Assembly (NCBI GenBank): GCA_965208675.1
Contig: OZ242351.1
Span: forward strand, 704,001 to 768,000
Reading direction: 5' to 3'
DNA: 64,000 nucleotides
Source: Candidatus Poribacteria bacterium
GTDB lineage: Bacteria; Poribacteria; WGA-4E; PCPOR2b
The stretch's first letter is position 1; each line of letters starts with the position of its first letter. The translations under genes and the position numbers were made by a program. Of this stretch, positions 1 through 12,362 are shown in pieces. A model generated the notes under the pieces. The model did no database searches and was not told the origin of the DNA. It saw only the letters and a list, made by a program, of their open reading frames with translations.

Positions 1-108
1 CTTACCAAAAACATTCCTTTACACCGCAGGAAAAGACTAGGGCGTGTTGAGATTTTGGCGTTGCAAATGCAAAAAACGACTGCCTTATTTGCCAAATGCC
101 AAGAGAAC

Positions 109-1146
109 CTAGTGAGTCGGCGGCTCAACAATTCCGAGTAACCGATCAATGATGTCAAGGCTCGTGATGCCATCAGCTTCCGCGTTGAAATTTGTCAAAA
201 TACGGTGCCGCAAAACAGGTTTAGCAACGGCTTTTATATCGTCATGAGAGACATGATAACGGCCATGCATGATTGCCCGTGCTTTTGCGCCTAACACGAG
301 ATATTGAGACGCCCTAGGACCTGAACCCCAATTCACCCAATCCTTAATAAAATCGGGCGCATCGGGATTGTTGGGGCGCGACGCACGGCTCAATGCAACT
401 GCGTATTCAACCATGGATTCCGCAATTGGTACTTTTCTCACGATATTTTGGAGCCGCAAAATATCTTCGCCCGAGATTACCGGTTGCAACGACGGGTCAT
501 ATGCAGAAGTTGTTGTCATGACAATCTGCTTTTCAGCGGCAGAATCAGGATAGTCAATGTAGATATTGAACATGAACCTATCCAACTGCGCCTCCGGTAG
601 TGGATAGGTGCCTTCTTGTTCAATCGGGTTTTGGGTTGCAAGTACGAAAAAGGGCAAGTCTAGCGGATAGGTCACGCCGCCTGCTGAAACTTTGTACTCC
701 TGCATGGACTGCAATAGCGCCGCTTGCGTCTTGGGCGGTGTACGGTTAATTTCGTCTGCAAGCAGGATGTTTGAGAAAACGGGCCCCTTTATGAATCTGA
801 AAAACCGGCTGCCTTTATCCGTGTCCTCCTGAATAATATCTGTTCCAATGATATCCGAAGGCATGAGATCCGGCGTGAACTGAATGCGGTTAAATTGGAG
901 GTCCAATATCTCGGCAAGGCTGTTAATGAGAAGCGTTTTGGCAAGTCCGGGTACGCCAACTAACAGACAATGCCCCTGTGAAAAAAGAGCTATCAATAAC
1001 TCATCAATTACCTCTTCCTGGCCGACAATCCGTTTTTTGAATTCACTGAGTATGGATTCCCGCGCCTTTCTCAAGAACGCCGCCGCTTCTAAATCAGCAT
1101 CTGGTACGTTCTGAGCATTAGAAGTATTCAAATAACTGTGCTCCAT
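109..1146 (-). CDS. MoxR family AAA+ ATPase
   Basis: Walker A GVPGLAKT, RIQFTPDLMPSD, Walker B LLADEINR, ATQNPIEQEGTYPLPEAQLDRF. Confidence 0.95.
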   Translation of the reverse strand: MEHSYLNTSNAQNVPDADLEAAAFLRKARESILSEFKKRIVGQEEVIDELLIALFSQGHCLLVGVPGLAKTLLINSLAEILDLQFNRIQFTPDLMPSDIIGTDIIQEDTDKGSRFFRFIKGPVFSNILLADEINRTPPKTQAALLQSMQEYKVSAGGVTYPLDLPFFVLATQNPIEQEGTYPLPEAQLDRFMFNIYIDYPDSAAEKQIVMTTTSAYDPSLQPVISGEDILRLQNIVRKVPIAESMVEYAVALSRASRPNNPDAPDFIKDWVNWGSGPRASQYLVLGAKARAIMHGRYHVSHDDIKAVAKPVLRHRILTNFNAEADGITSLDIIDRLLGIVEPPTH

Positions 1147-1543
1147 TAAATGTCTGGCTTGTGATGTCGTGCTGTGTTCAGCGCAGCATAGTCAAGGCAA
1201 ATATCTACGCAAGACGCGTAGATAAGGATTTTTTTTTGCTCTCCGGCTTCTTTACAATGTTTTGCTCTTCGGCAAATCACAACTTAATGAAATCTAAAGT
1301 ACTCTTAACCTGATAACCACTGGAAGTTTTCTCTAACGAAACAAATTTTGGAGCGCCTTGAAAATGCTAGGAATAGAAATACCGAAAGGTTTCACTTGAA
1401 ATGGAAAAATGGAAGGGAATGTAAGAAAGAAACTGATGAGGTGGGCAACAATCACCAAATCCAACTACGTTAATTAGGCTGCTGCGAATAATTTGAAATT
1501 TCGGGGTGACTGTTGCCAACCCAAGGGGGCAACGTGAGCGAAA

Positions 1544-1825
1544 TTAGGAACAAGCGTCCTTGAGCCCTTTGCCGGCCTTAAAACGTGGAACGTTCTTTTC
1601 CGGAATGCTAATTATGTCGTTAGTCTGAGGATTACGGCCTTCGCGCGCTGCTCTGGTAGCGACTTCAAAAGTACCGAAGCCAATCAGCCCGACGGAATCT
1701 CCATTAGATAGGGCATTTTGAATTGCTTCCAAAGCAGCATCAACGGCTGCAGTCGCATCCCTTTTGCTTAATCCGGTACTTTCAGCAACGCTGCTCGCAA
1801 CATCTTGCTTTGATAATCTAGCCAT
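1544..1825 (-). CDS. hup: DNA-binding protein HU
   Basis: GFGTF and REGRNPQT motifs; start moved to ATG 1825 (MARLSKQD) after AGGAG. Confidence 0.93.
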   Translation of the reverse strand: MARLSKQDVASSVAESTGLSKRDATAAVDAALEAIQNALSNGDSVGLIGFGTFEVATRAAREGRNPQTNDIISIPEKNVPRFKAGKGLKDACS

Positions 1826-1893
1826 ATTAGTATCTCCTGTGAAATTTGAGTTAAAAATAATCAAAAATCTTCAGTAATGACTGAATTTTGCCC

Positions 1894-1922
1894 ATTATAC
1901 TGTGAATCAAATTTCCTGTCAA
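1894..1922 (-). promoter_or_regulatory. sigma70 promoter for HU
   Basis: Minus strand TTGACA-17 nt-TATAAT, perfect consensus. Confidence 0.8.
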
Positions 1923-1991
1923 GAAAAAACACAATGATGATTCGGTTTAACAACCGTTTATGAAAAAAACATATAAACCGAGGAAATTTTG

Positions 1992-2020
1992 TTGACTGGA
2001 TAGCAAAAAACGGGTAAAAT
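1992..2020 (+). promoter_or_regulatory. sigma70 promoter for the nfo operon
   Basis: TTGACT-17 nt-TAAAAT, divergent from the HU promoter. Confidence 0.65.
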
Positions 2021-2085
2021 GACGCCTTGATGCAACTTGGTTAGAGACAACAATACTGTTCACTGAAGAGGCAAGAGAGACCATT

Positions 2086-2928
2086 ATGATGCTTGGCGCT
2101 CACGTTTCCACCGCAGGCGGCATACACAATGCGATTTCCAATGGAACTGACTTAGGGTGTGACTCTGTCCAGATTTTTCTTAAAAACCCGAACCAGTGGG
2201 CAGGCAAGTCACCTTCCGAAAGCGACATAGACCAGTTTATCGAGCGCTGGCGGGAATCTCCAATCCAAGAGATATTGATTCACGACATCCATCTCACCAA
2301 CCTCGCCTCGCCAAAGAAGGAAGTGCTTGAAAATTCGCGCGAACAGTTCCATGTACAAATGCAACTCGCGGCTCGCCTGAATATTCGATACATCGTAACG
2401 CATCTTGGCGCACACCTTGACTCGGGCGAAACCGAAGGTTTGCAGGTGTTAAGCGACAGCCTCAATTTAGCGTTGGAGCAAACCACCGGCGGCGACGTAG
2501 AAATCTTGTTGGAAACCACAGCCGGGCAAGGGACGAATCTAGGCTACTGCTTCGAACATTTGCGTCAGATTATTGATATGTCCAAATATCCGGAAAGAAT
2601 GGGAGTCTGCTTCGATACGTGCCACGTCTTTGCAGCCGGCTACAACTTGTGTACGGACGCCGACTATGATGAGACATTCGAACGCTTTGACCAGATAATC
2701 GGCTTGGATCGGTTGGTTGCGTTCCACCTCAACGACGCCAAATCGGCGTATAACAGCCGCGTGGATCGCCATGATCACATCGGCGAAGGAAATCTCGGAA
2801 TTCCTCCATTTCAACGCCTAGTAAACGACCCTCGATTTGAGCACACCCCCTCGATTATCGAAACGCCCAAAATGAAGGAGATGCACGCAACCAATCTTGC
2901 AGTGTTGAGGGGTTTAGTAGCGGATTGA
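2086..2928 (+). CDS. nfo: Endonuclease IV
   Basis: GAHVS, LLETTAGQG, CFDTCH, HLND, DRHDHIGEG, ETP metal-binding motifs. Confidence 0.95.
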   Translation: MMLGAHVSTAGGIHNAISNGTDLGCDSVQIFLKNPNQWAGKSPSESDIDQFIERWRESPIQEILIHDIHLTNLASPKKEVLENSREQFHVQMQLAARLNIRYIVTHLGAHLDSGETEGLQVLSDSLNLALEQTTGGDVEILLETTAGQGTNLGYCFEHLRQIIDMSKYPERMGVCFDTCHVFAAGYNLCTDADYDETFERFDQIIGLDRLVAFHLNDAKSAYNSRVDRHDHIGEGNLGIPPFQRLVNDPRFEHTPSIIETPKMKEMHATNLAVLRGLVAD

Positions 2929-2939
2929 GAGGTTTGGGC

Positions 2940-3122
2940 ATGTCCATCGGGTTCTGGGAAGTCGCAATCTTACTTACGGTTTTTCTAGGCATAGTATTAA
3001 TTTCGCGTTATCAGACCAAGCGCATTTGCCGTAAATGCGGCTTTGCCATCCGCTCTTATACCTCCCATTGTCCGGAATGCGGGATGGTATTTCCCAGGAA
3101 GAAAAGGCTGCAGGAGCGTTGA
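2940..3122 (+). CDS. Small membrane-anchored zinc-ribbon protein
   Basis: N-terminal hydrophobic helix, CRKCG...CPECG; its stop overlaps the next ATG (TGATG). Confidence 0.65.
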   Translation: MSIGFWEVAILLTVFLGIVLISRYQTKRICRKCGFAIRSYTSHCPECGMVFPRKKRLQER

Positions 3123-3883
3123 TGAAAATTACGTTTTTAGGAACGGGCACATCGCACGGTGTGCCGGTCATCGCATGCCGTTGCAGCGTATGCTCATCAA
3201 CTGACACGAAAAATCAACGCACTCGACCTTCCATCGTTATCACGCTCAACGGTAAAAACGTCTTAGTTGACACCTCGCCTGAACTTCGAATCCAATCGCT
3301 CCGATGCGGCATAGAACGTGTCGACGCAATCTTATTCACGCATACCCACGCGGATCACTTGCACGGGCTTGATGACGTACGTGCATTTACCGCGTTGCAA
3401 GACAATGCCATCCCCTGTTACGGAAGTCCCCAAACCCTTGAGCGCATTCGAACCGTCTTTCATTACGCGTTCAAATTGCAGCATCTCGGCGTCCTCATCC
3501 CGCAAATTGAATTGGTGCAAATTGAAGGTAAGTTCCAGTTATTTGGGGTTGAGGTGATACCGCTCCTTCTGCTGCATGGGAAGGCGGAGGTACTGGGGTT
3601 TCGAATTGGCAATTTTGCGTACGCAACAGACTGCAACCATATTCCGCCCGATTCCATGGAACTGATGCGTGGTCTCGACCTTCTAGTGCTCGACGCGCTG
3701 CGCTGGTCACCGCCTAATCCCACGCATTTCACCATTCCGGAATCATTAGATATCGTTGAGCAGCTCAGACCTAAACGAACTTACTTCGTCCACATGAGCC
3801 ACGATGTCGAACATCACGATACAAATTCGAAACTCCCTGAGGGTGTTGAACTCGCCTACGACGGGTTGATTGTGGAGGTCTAA
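3122..3883 (+). CDS. MBL-fold metallo-hydrolase (PhnP-like)
   Basis: MKITFLGTGTSHGVP, CxCxxC, HTHADHLHG; start moved to ATG 3122. Confidence 0.92.
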   Translation: MKITFLGTGTSHGVPVIACRCSVCSSTDTKNQRTRPSIVITLNGKNVLVDTSPELRIQSLRCGIERVDAILFTHTHADHLHGLDDVRAFTALQDNAIPCYGSPQTLERIRTVFHYAFKLQHLGVLIPQIELVQIEGKFQLFGVEVIPLLLLHGKAEVLGFRIGNFAYATDCNHIPPDSMELMRGLDLLVLDALRWSPPNPTHFTIPESLDIVEQLRPKRTYFVHMSHDVEHHDTNSKLPEGVELAYDGLIVEV

Positions 3884-3918
3884 TAACCTTTAGTTATTGA
3901 ATCCAGCAATTTTGTATG

Positions 3919-3970
3919 TGTGGGAGGGAAATACCTTTCCCGATAATCGAGGCAGGGATGCCTCTCCCAC
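3919..3970. repeat. REP-doublet-like inverted repeat between convergent genes
   Basis: GTGGGAGG...CCTCTCCCAC; the right half recurs at about 47366-47391, 14558-14580 and 15905-15927. Confidence 0.6.
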
Positions 3971-3980
3971 CTTATTCCGA

Positions 3981-6197
<2,217 letters not shown>

Positions 6198-6746
6198 TCA
6201 ACTCAGGTGTGAAACAGAATTATCGTCCAAGATTGAGTCATCAATCGTTGGCGGTGGTTACAAGATAGAATCTCTGTAGTGATTGATTTGGGAGGCAGTT
6301 TCAGTCGTCCTCCCTGTTTGGTCGATCAATGGCACTAAGCGACCTACAGTCAAATAAAAATATCTACTCGCCCAGGTGTAGCGCGTATCAAAATTACAGT
6401 TTTTACAGTCCATAAAAAAAGGGGTTGTCACCGCAACATTTGGGTAAATTTGTATGAAAATGGTCACATTTCAGATTTACTTATTTTTCGCTTATTTGCG
6501 ACATCCAAAAAGACGCTCAATGCCGCGGAAAGCTAGATACAGTGCGGGTTTCTGGCGTCGATTATTCTAAAGTCTCAGCAAAAATAAGTTGAGAATGCTC
6601 ATTTTCAGTACACTCCAAAACCAACGTAACTGAAGATTACACATATTAACCGATTAAAAAGCGGTGCCGAACTCCCGGAGACTATCGTCGTCGTAATCCA
6701 GGCAGTTAATCGCGCAACCTAAGGTAATACTAATTGCATCGTGTTT

Positions 6747-6779
6747 AGAAACCGAGTTTTTCGAAAAAACTCGGTTTCT
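6747..6779. repeat. Palindrome family A, copy 1 of 7
   Basis: GAAACCGAGTTTT-n-AAAAACTCGGTTTC; other copies at 14727-14758, 15486-15518, 16590-16622, 18599-18630, 22033-22064, 24005-24035. Confidence 0.9.
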
Positions 6780-6798
6780 CCTTATTATGGTTCGCGGT

Positions 6799-7704
6799 TC
6801 AATTCAGATTTCGGGTTGCCTCCGTATCAGCGCGTGATTCTGCGTCATCTCCATTTTTGGATTGTGTTCGGGTTCTCTCGTAGTACGACTTTGGTTCTTC
6901 TTCCCGGTAGCCGAAACGATAAATCCGGCGGACTCTGCGATTTTCAATAAGGCGATCGATGTAGGCATAGGCTAGTTTGGTTTCCTGCTGAATCTCCTCA
7001 CGCGTTTTATAGTTATTTATCATACCGATGACCTCGTTCTCAACTCTACGACGCGCCATATTATCTTTTAATTTTTCTTCATTGACGCCCGTTTCTTCCC
7101 TAATTTCATCAAAACTTCTACCTTCCCACAGCATATCTCGCGCTTTATTCTCTCTGTGCATCCGATTCATGGCTTCGTCTATATCCGTCTCACATTCGGC
7201 TTGTTCTTCGGCATCCGCTTCCGAATTGTCTAGTTCGGCTAAGGAAACGGAAGGTTTTACGTTTTTGACGGCTTGGTTCAGCGTTAGCAACGTTTTGGGA
7301 ACGAGCGAAATCTGTTCTTTTGGGCTAAGGGATGAAATTGTGGATTCCAAATTGTCATAAGCGGCGTTCAATGCAGTCACAGACTTGGATGTTAGTTGTC
7401 GGATTGACTTTTCTCGGTCTTCAACGTAATTAGCCTGTATTAGCCCATATTGCTTAGCCCATTTTTCAGCGTTGCACCGACCGTCGTTCGGGTTGACGGT
7501 ACAGATGGCTTCCTTGGCAAATCGGTGGTCGGCTTTTGCGTCGCCGGTTGATCGCTCGGGGTATCGCTCGACAAGCGTGTCTGCGACCTCAGGCGTGCCA
7601 TAGTCCTGGGCAAACATGGCAAGCCATTCTGCGAGTTCGGATGGGGTTTGATGGTACGGGTTTTTGTAACGTCGTTTTTCTTTCATTTTTACCTCTCTGG
7701 ACAT
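6799..7704 (-). CDS. Hypothetical protein with two tandem HTH-like segments
   Basis: Helical, charged 301 aa ORF; segments MLWEGRSFDEIREETGV and MINNYKTREEIQQETKL. Confidence 0.6.
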   Translation of the reverse strand: MSREVKMKEKRRYKNPYHQTPSELAEWLAMFAQDYGTPEVADTLVERYPERSTGDAKADHRFAKEAICTVNPNDGRCNAEKWAKQYGLIQANYVEDREKSIRQLTSKSVTALNAAYDNLESTISSLSPKEQISLVPKTLLTLNQAVKNVKPSVSLAELDNSEADAEEQAECETDIDEAMNRMHRENKARDMLWEGRSFDEIREETGVNEEKLKDNMARRRVENEVIGMINNYKTREEIQQETKLAYAYIDRLIENRRVRRIYRFGYREEEPKSYYERTRTQSKNGDDAESRADTEATRNLN

Positions 7705-7793
7705 TTCATTTCAGTGTTTATGTGGTTTATCGATTTGAGGGGACGATGCGCCTGTGGGCGTAATGTATATTTTACTGTTGCGGGATTAAATTT

Positions 7794-8642
7794 TCAAGTT
7801 GATTTTATATCATCTGGGATTTGGGCATTTGACGATTTGTGGTCATTGTTACGAATCCAGATCCAAATTCGAATAATTATAGCAACTAGAACAAGATACG
7901 TAACAAGCCAAATTGAATTAATTTTGGATGCGACAGTAGTCCCCACATCAAAATCCAATACTTGCAATGTTTTTTGCATCTCGGTCTCAGGACCGCCAAC
8001 TCTTATATTAAGCATTACGGAAGTAGCAACAACTAGATATCCTATGAACATCCAACATCGTAACCTTTGGTGTTTCAAGTTCTTTTTTTCACTTTCCCTG
8101 CTGTATCTCAAATGCGAGTCGAGTCCCAAAATCCGCTCTATCTCGTAAATTCGTGAGAATCGTATTTCAAATCTTCTTTTACTTATGAGAGTGGAGAAGT
8201 ACCAAAATGCCATTAAGGATATCCCCCCAACGACGGCAAGCAACGTAGGGGTTTCCTCTTTCAAATAAGGCAAGGTCAGCGCGGCAATGGATAACGGTAG
8301 CAAGACCGCCGTCAGTTTTGCAATCCAGTCATCATCATGTCTCCAACAAAGACCGAGTTCTGTGTATTCGCCAAACAAGCGTTGTTCGACATGAGGGTCC
8401 AATTTTTTCAATAGAGAACACAGACTATCTATGGTAAAATCACTCAAATGACCGCGTGTGAGATCGGCAACTTTAGATTTGTTTATGTCCAAAAAATCAG
8501 CGGCTTTCTTTAGAGTCATTTCCCGAACTTTAATCATGCGAGTGATATTGGATGCCAATACGTTCTTAGCCAAATCTTCATCAAAATTGGGAGGGCTCAA
8601 TTCCTGAAAAAAGTTTCGTGAACTGTTTATGTGTTTTGACAT
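7794..8642 (-). CDS. XRE/HTH_37 (HigA-like) domain fused to a multi-pass membrane domain
   Basis: N-terminus SSRNFFQEL...MTLKKAADFLDINKSKVADLTRG...FTIDSL, followed by about four hydrophobic helices. Confidence 0.72.
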   Translation of the reverse strand: MSKHINSSRNFFQELSPPNFDEDLAKNVLASNITRMIKVREMTLKKAADFLDINKSKVADLTRGHLSDFTIDSLCSLLKKLDPHVEQRLFGEYTELGLCWRHDDDWIAKLTAVLLPLSIAALTLPYLKEETPTLLAVVGGISLMAFWYFSTLISKRRFEIRFSRIYEIERILGLDSHLRYSRESEKKNLKHQRLRCWMFIGYLVVATSVMLNIRVGGPETEMQKTLQVLDFDVGTTVASKINSIWLVTYLVLVAIIIRIWIWIRNNDHKSSNAQIPDDIKST

Positions 8643-8970
8643 TTTTTTTGATCTCGCGGTGTGCTCTTTAAAGGGCTAGTAGCTTCAATCGACTGTTGTG
8701 GTGTCATCACTGGGTTGTTGTTCAAGGAATTCGTCAATTGATGCTAATAACGGCGCCTTAGCCATGTTATAATCTGTGATGATTTCATCTGGGATTGGTC
8801 TGTTGTGCGCCACGCAGTTTCTAAGTGTTTCGATGTGTTTCGATCGGATCTAACCGTTTTTCCCGCCCGCAATCCGTCTTGATGTGATGCTAGAATGCAT
8901 CGCTCTACTGGCGAGAAATTGGCACGCCGGTATTTGGCACCAACATTTAGGTAAAGGACTATAAACGTCC

Positions 8971-10851
8971 TCAAAGTCGTTCAGCAAAGTTCTTCGCGGA
9001 CGGCCATAGTGATTTGAAACTACCAATCAAGTCTGCCGAACGTACTGCAATTTCAGGAATATCCCAGGATTCATACTCACAAATTTCCCTATTCAGAATC
9101 AGCAAGGAGTTTTGAAACAAACGGCCTTTCTTATCTGAAAATGGCCTGTTCGAGAGGCTTGAATTTAGGGAGCCCGCGACTAGCGTTAAGTTTCCTATTT
9201 CTTGAACAAAATTGTTTCGGCCTTTTGCCACGCTTAATGCCGATCCGTACGATTCGTCGGCCAACTGGCTTTCCGACGCTTCGGTCGCCCATTCAGGGTT
9301 GTTTTCACGGTATTCGTATGGAAACAATTCTTCGTACAGAACCGTTTCATCGCAACCATATGCTGGCTCGTCGTATTCATCCGTCCCTATGGGTAATGGC
9401 CAGGTGGTCCGCCATCTTTCTGGCATTATATGCTCTAAACTGAGTTGGTTATTCAAAACCAATTCATTATCCTCAAGCAGCCGATTCTCTCCCCGTTTTT
9501 GTAATTCTATCCGATACAATACGTACCGAATGTCTCTATTCGTCATGTTTTGCCGCACCGTAAGACATTCGCTCACCTCGTAGTCATTCGGCCACCTCGT
9601 GGCGTTAGCTTTTTCATCCGACAATGCTTGTACCAACGACTCTACGTCAAAATCCACTTCCCTCAACTTCCGGATTAATCTGCAGACGAGTTTGGTATAG
9701 CTCTTGGTCCCCGGAGTGTTGCACACTATCCGTCGCATCGCGTAGGATTCTAATATTTGCATAACCAAATTGAGTTCCGAGCCTGAAACGCGCAATTCGT
9801 TTATCACAAATAGAATAAATGGATGTAACGTGGTAATATTGAATGTCTTATAAAACGACATTGCCTGTCCAATTTCCGAATCTGGAGAACAATCCGTCAT
9901 CTCTTGGTAAACATCGGAATATTTCTTCAGTTGAGAAAATTCATCTTCAATTACCCCGGTTCCGGCAATCCTTTTCTGATAAACATTGAACAAGGGCGTA
10001 ATCTTCTCCTCGGCGAGTTTTGCCCTAATGAAATGGTCGAAAAATAGTTCCGATAAGGTTTTTCGAGCGACCTTTGCCTCCCAATAGGGATTTTCGAAAT
10101 GCTGCCAGTATTCTCTATATAATCTATCTCTATCATCTTCAACTCGAGCCCTTAAGAACAAGTTATTCCTGAGCAAGTCAAAGTCTAGTAACCGTTTAGC
10201 CCTTGCATTGAGCGATTCAAAGATTCTTTCTGGCTCGTCCCCCGTATCAAGCAGAATTTGGACAAATCCAAAGTCGTTCACGATTGAGTGAAACAATGCA
10301 AGTATTTTCGTCAAATTCCCGTCCGTGTACCCTTCAATTGAAAACTTGAAAAAATTGTATGTTAGACGAATCCGTTCGATGCTATCATCTATACGCCCAT
10401 CAGCGAGTGCGATGAATGAAGCCCTGTCATACTCAGTTGGAATGAGTTTGTATTTTTCGTTGCGCGAGTCATCCGAGGACATTCCTTGATTTAGAATGTG
10501 TCGATCTACCTCCAGTCCAATTCTTTGACCTCCGGTTGAATTTGATACATCTCTGAGCGCACAGAGAACGACTTGAAATGTAGTTAACCGTTGCTGACCG
10601 TCAATGATTTCGTATTTTGGTACTTCATCCACATTTGTCTGTTTTTGCTGAATGACGATTGCACCGGTGAAATGAGAGAACTTGTCTCGTTGAGGTTCCG
10701 ACAATCTGTGGTCCGCCTTATTCTTTATATCTTCCCACAAAGGGTACCACTGTTCGCTCATTTCCCAAACATAGTGTCGCTGAAAGAGAGGTATAATGTA
10801 CTGTATATCACTGTTAAACAGATCCTTTACTCGTACCTCACTTGTTTTCAT
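8971..10851 (-). CDS. DUF262/DUF1524 GmrSD-like type IV restriction protein
   Basis: IPLFQRHYVW, IIDGQQRLTT, IFESLNAR, then EHIMP...GNLTL...N HNH motif. Confidence 0.9.
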   Translation of the reverse strand: MKTSEVRVKDLFNSDIQYIIPLFQRHYVWEMSEQWYPLWEDIKNKADHRLSEPQRDKFSHFTGAIVIQQKQTNVDEVPKYEIIDGQQRLTTFQVVLCALRDVSNSTGGQRIGLEVDRHILNQGMSSDDSRNEKYKLIPTEYDRASFIALADGRIDDSIERIRLTYNFFKFSIEGYTDGNLTKILALFHSIVNDFGFVQILLDTGDEPERIFESLNARAKRLLDFDLLRNNLFLRARVEDDRDRLYREYWQHFENPYWEAKVARKTLSELFFDHFIRAKLAEEKITPLFNVYQKRIAGTGVIEDEFSQLKKYSDVYQEMTDCSPDSEIGQAMSFYKTFNITTLHPFILFVINELRVSGSELNLVMQILESYAMRRIVCNTPGTKSYTKLVCRLIRKLREVDFDVESLVQALSDEKANATRWPNDYEVSECLTVRQNMTNRDIRYVLYRIELQKRGENRLLEDNELVLNNQLSLEHIMPERWRTTWPLPIGTDEYDEPAYGCDETVLYEELFPYEYRENNPEWATEASESQLADESYGSALSVAKGRNNFVQEIGNLTLVAGSLNSSLSNRPFSDKKGRLFQNSLLILNREICEYESWDIPEIAVRSADLIGSFKSLWPSAKNFAERL

Positions 10852-11074
10852 CTTTAAATCCTCCGCAATTCTTGAGTCGTTTACACTGGTAAGTCAAAGG
10901 AGCGCAGTTCGCTCTTGAACGCACCGCCCCCCCGATTTGGGCGTTAAGACCACCCGATGAAAAATATTGACACGTCCTTGCTTCACGATAAACCAAGGCT
11001 GCGTTCGTGGTGCACGCTCGGAATCACTGGGGCTCGAGTTTCGCTCGCCCTCTCCAAAATTCGTCAGAATTCAA

Positions 11075-12037
11075 CTATTCCTTCCTGAAGACATTCGTTC
11101 GATGCCACTCCATCGCTGCGTGCGCCGGCCATAGTTGCTCGCTGTTTGGCCGCCGAATTCGAGTATTCTCAAGATTTTTCAGCACACGCGCAGCCTGCGA
11201 ACCACTGGCGAATGTCACCGAAACAATCACATGATAACTATCGCATAAAGAAATTAATCCCCCAAGAAACGCCCAACGGTGTAGCGGACACAACAAAATT
11301 CCATTTCGGACATCATCATTATGCGAAACATCATGTGAAATAATATGAGTAGCCTCTGTCGCACCATGTCCTTCCGCGGTCACGATATTTAGGTGGCAGA
11401 CAGCGCAGCTAAAATCGTACAGTCGCATTATTGCTCGACGGAAACCCTCTCTACGAATTCGCACTTCCCGCGGGCAAATTGGGACCAACTTTTTTATTGG
11501 TTCGAATGAACGTTCTGTCTCACCCAATAATAGTGATTCATATTCTTCCGTCTCTCTCACCTCGGCGCTGATTATATCGATTTCATTGCGGCGTTCTGGA
11601 AAATACTCTTGGATCAATGCGTGGCGAAGTGTTTCTCTGCCGATTGAATTCGTTAAAATAGCAAACAATTCTTCATCTAAATATGCAACCGTAATACGCT
11701 CACGTCGCTTGGATTTTTCGATATTTTTTTTATCATGAAGTTTGGTTTCACCGTCACGTTTTGCCAAATCATGCCAGAACCCCTCGCTGCTCAAATGATC
11801 GAATGGTGTCGCAATGTTAGGTTGGCGCGCTGTTGACCTCGGCCAAAAGCGAACGAAAGTCTCCCGTAATTCTTCTGACAACGTAATCCTGTTCTCTAAA
11901 ATTCGACCATTTTCGATCATCGCAATTACTGTGAGGAGGAGAACCGGCTTATTGGGTGCCGGACCGAATTTCCTATTCCAATCTCTATTCAGATTAGTAA
12001 ACTTCTCAATATAATGTTGAATGTTCTTTCTTATCAT
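11075..12037 (-). CDS. Sulfur-binding-domain HNH endonuclease (phosphorothioate-dependent restriction family)
   Basis: APNKPVLLL, PFDHLSSEGFWH; C-terminal CAVC...EATHII...NGILLCPLH. Confidence 0.8.
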   Translation of the reverse strand: MIRKNIQHYIEKFTNLNRDWNRKFGPAPNKPVLLLTVIAMIENGRILENRITLSEELRETFVRFWPRSTARQPNIATPFDHLSSEGFWHDLAKRDGETKLHDKKNIEKSKRRERITVAYLDEELFAILTNSIGRETLRHALIQEYFPERRNEIDIISAEVRETEEYESLLLGETERSFEPIKKLVPICPREVRIRREGFRRAIMRLYDFSCAVCHLNIVTAEGHGATEATHIISHDVSHNDDVRNGILLCPLHRWAFLGGLISLCDSYHVIVSVTFASGSQAARVLKNLENTRIRRPNSEQLWPAHAAMEWHRTNVFRKE

Positions 12038-12362
12038 CGCAAAAATTTCGCTTTCACTAATTATATTAATGCTATACCTGCTAATTTGGCACGCGTGTAA
12101 AAAAACACTTCACCAGGCCGCATGATGATTTGATGCCTGCTTCATGTGTTCGCGATTTAGCAACACTTGGTGGTATTGCTTTACGCTTAGCTACGGCGAT
12201 ATAAGTCGTTCCAGTCTTGTCAACTTCAATTCAAGTGGAATTGCCGAATACCTGATGCTTTTTCAGAATCGGAATCTCAATTCACTACCTTCCGCCACTC
12301 TTTAACTCTACACCCATCACGGCATTCGACATCCGCACAATGCCCCTTTTCATCAATCAATT

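Noticed and set aside
8685-8765. Remnant toxin gene upstream of the HTH_37 fusion (MAKAPLLASIDEFLEQQP...)
   Set aside because: Only 26 codons and the resemblance is too weak to support
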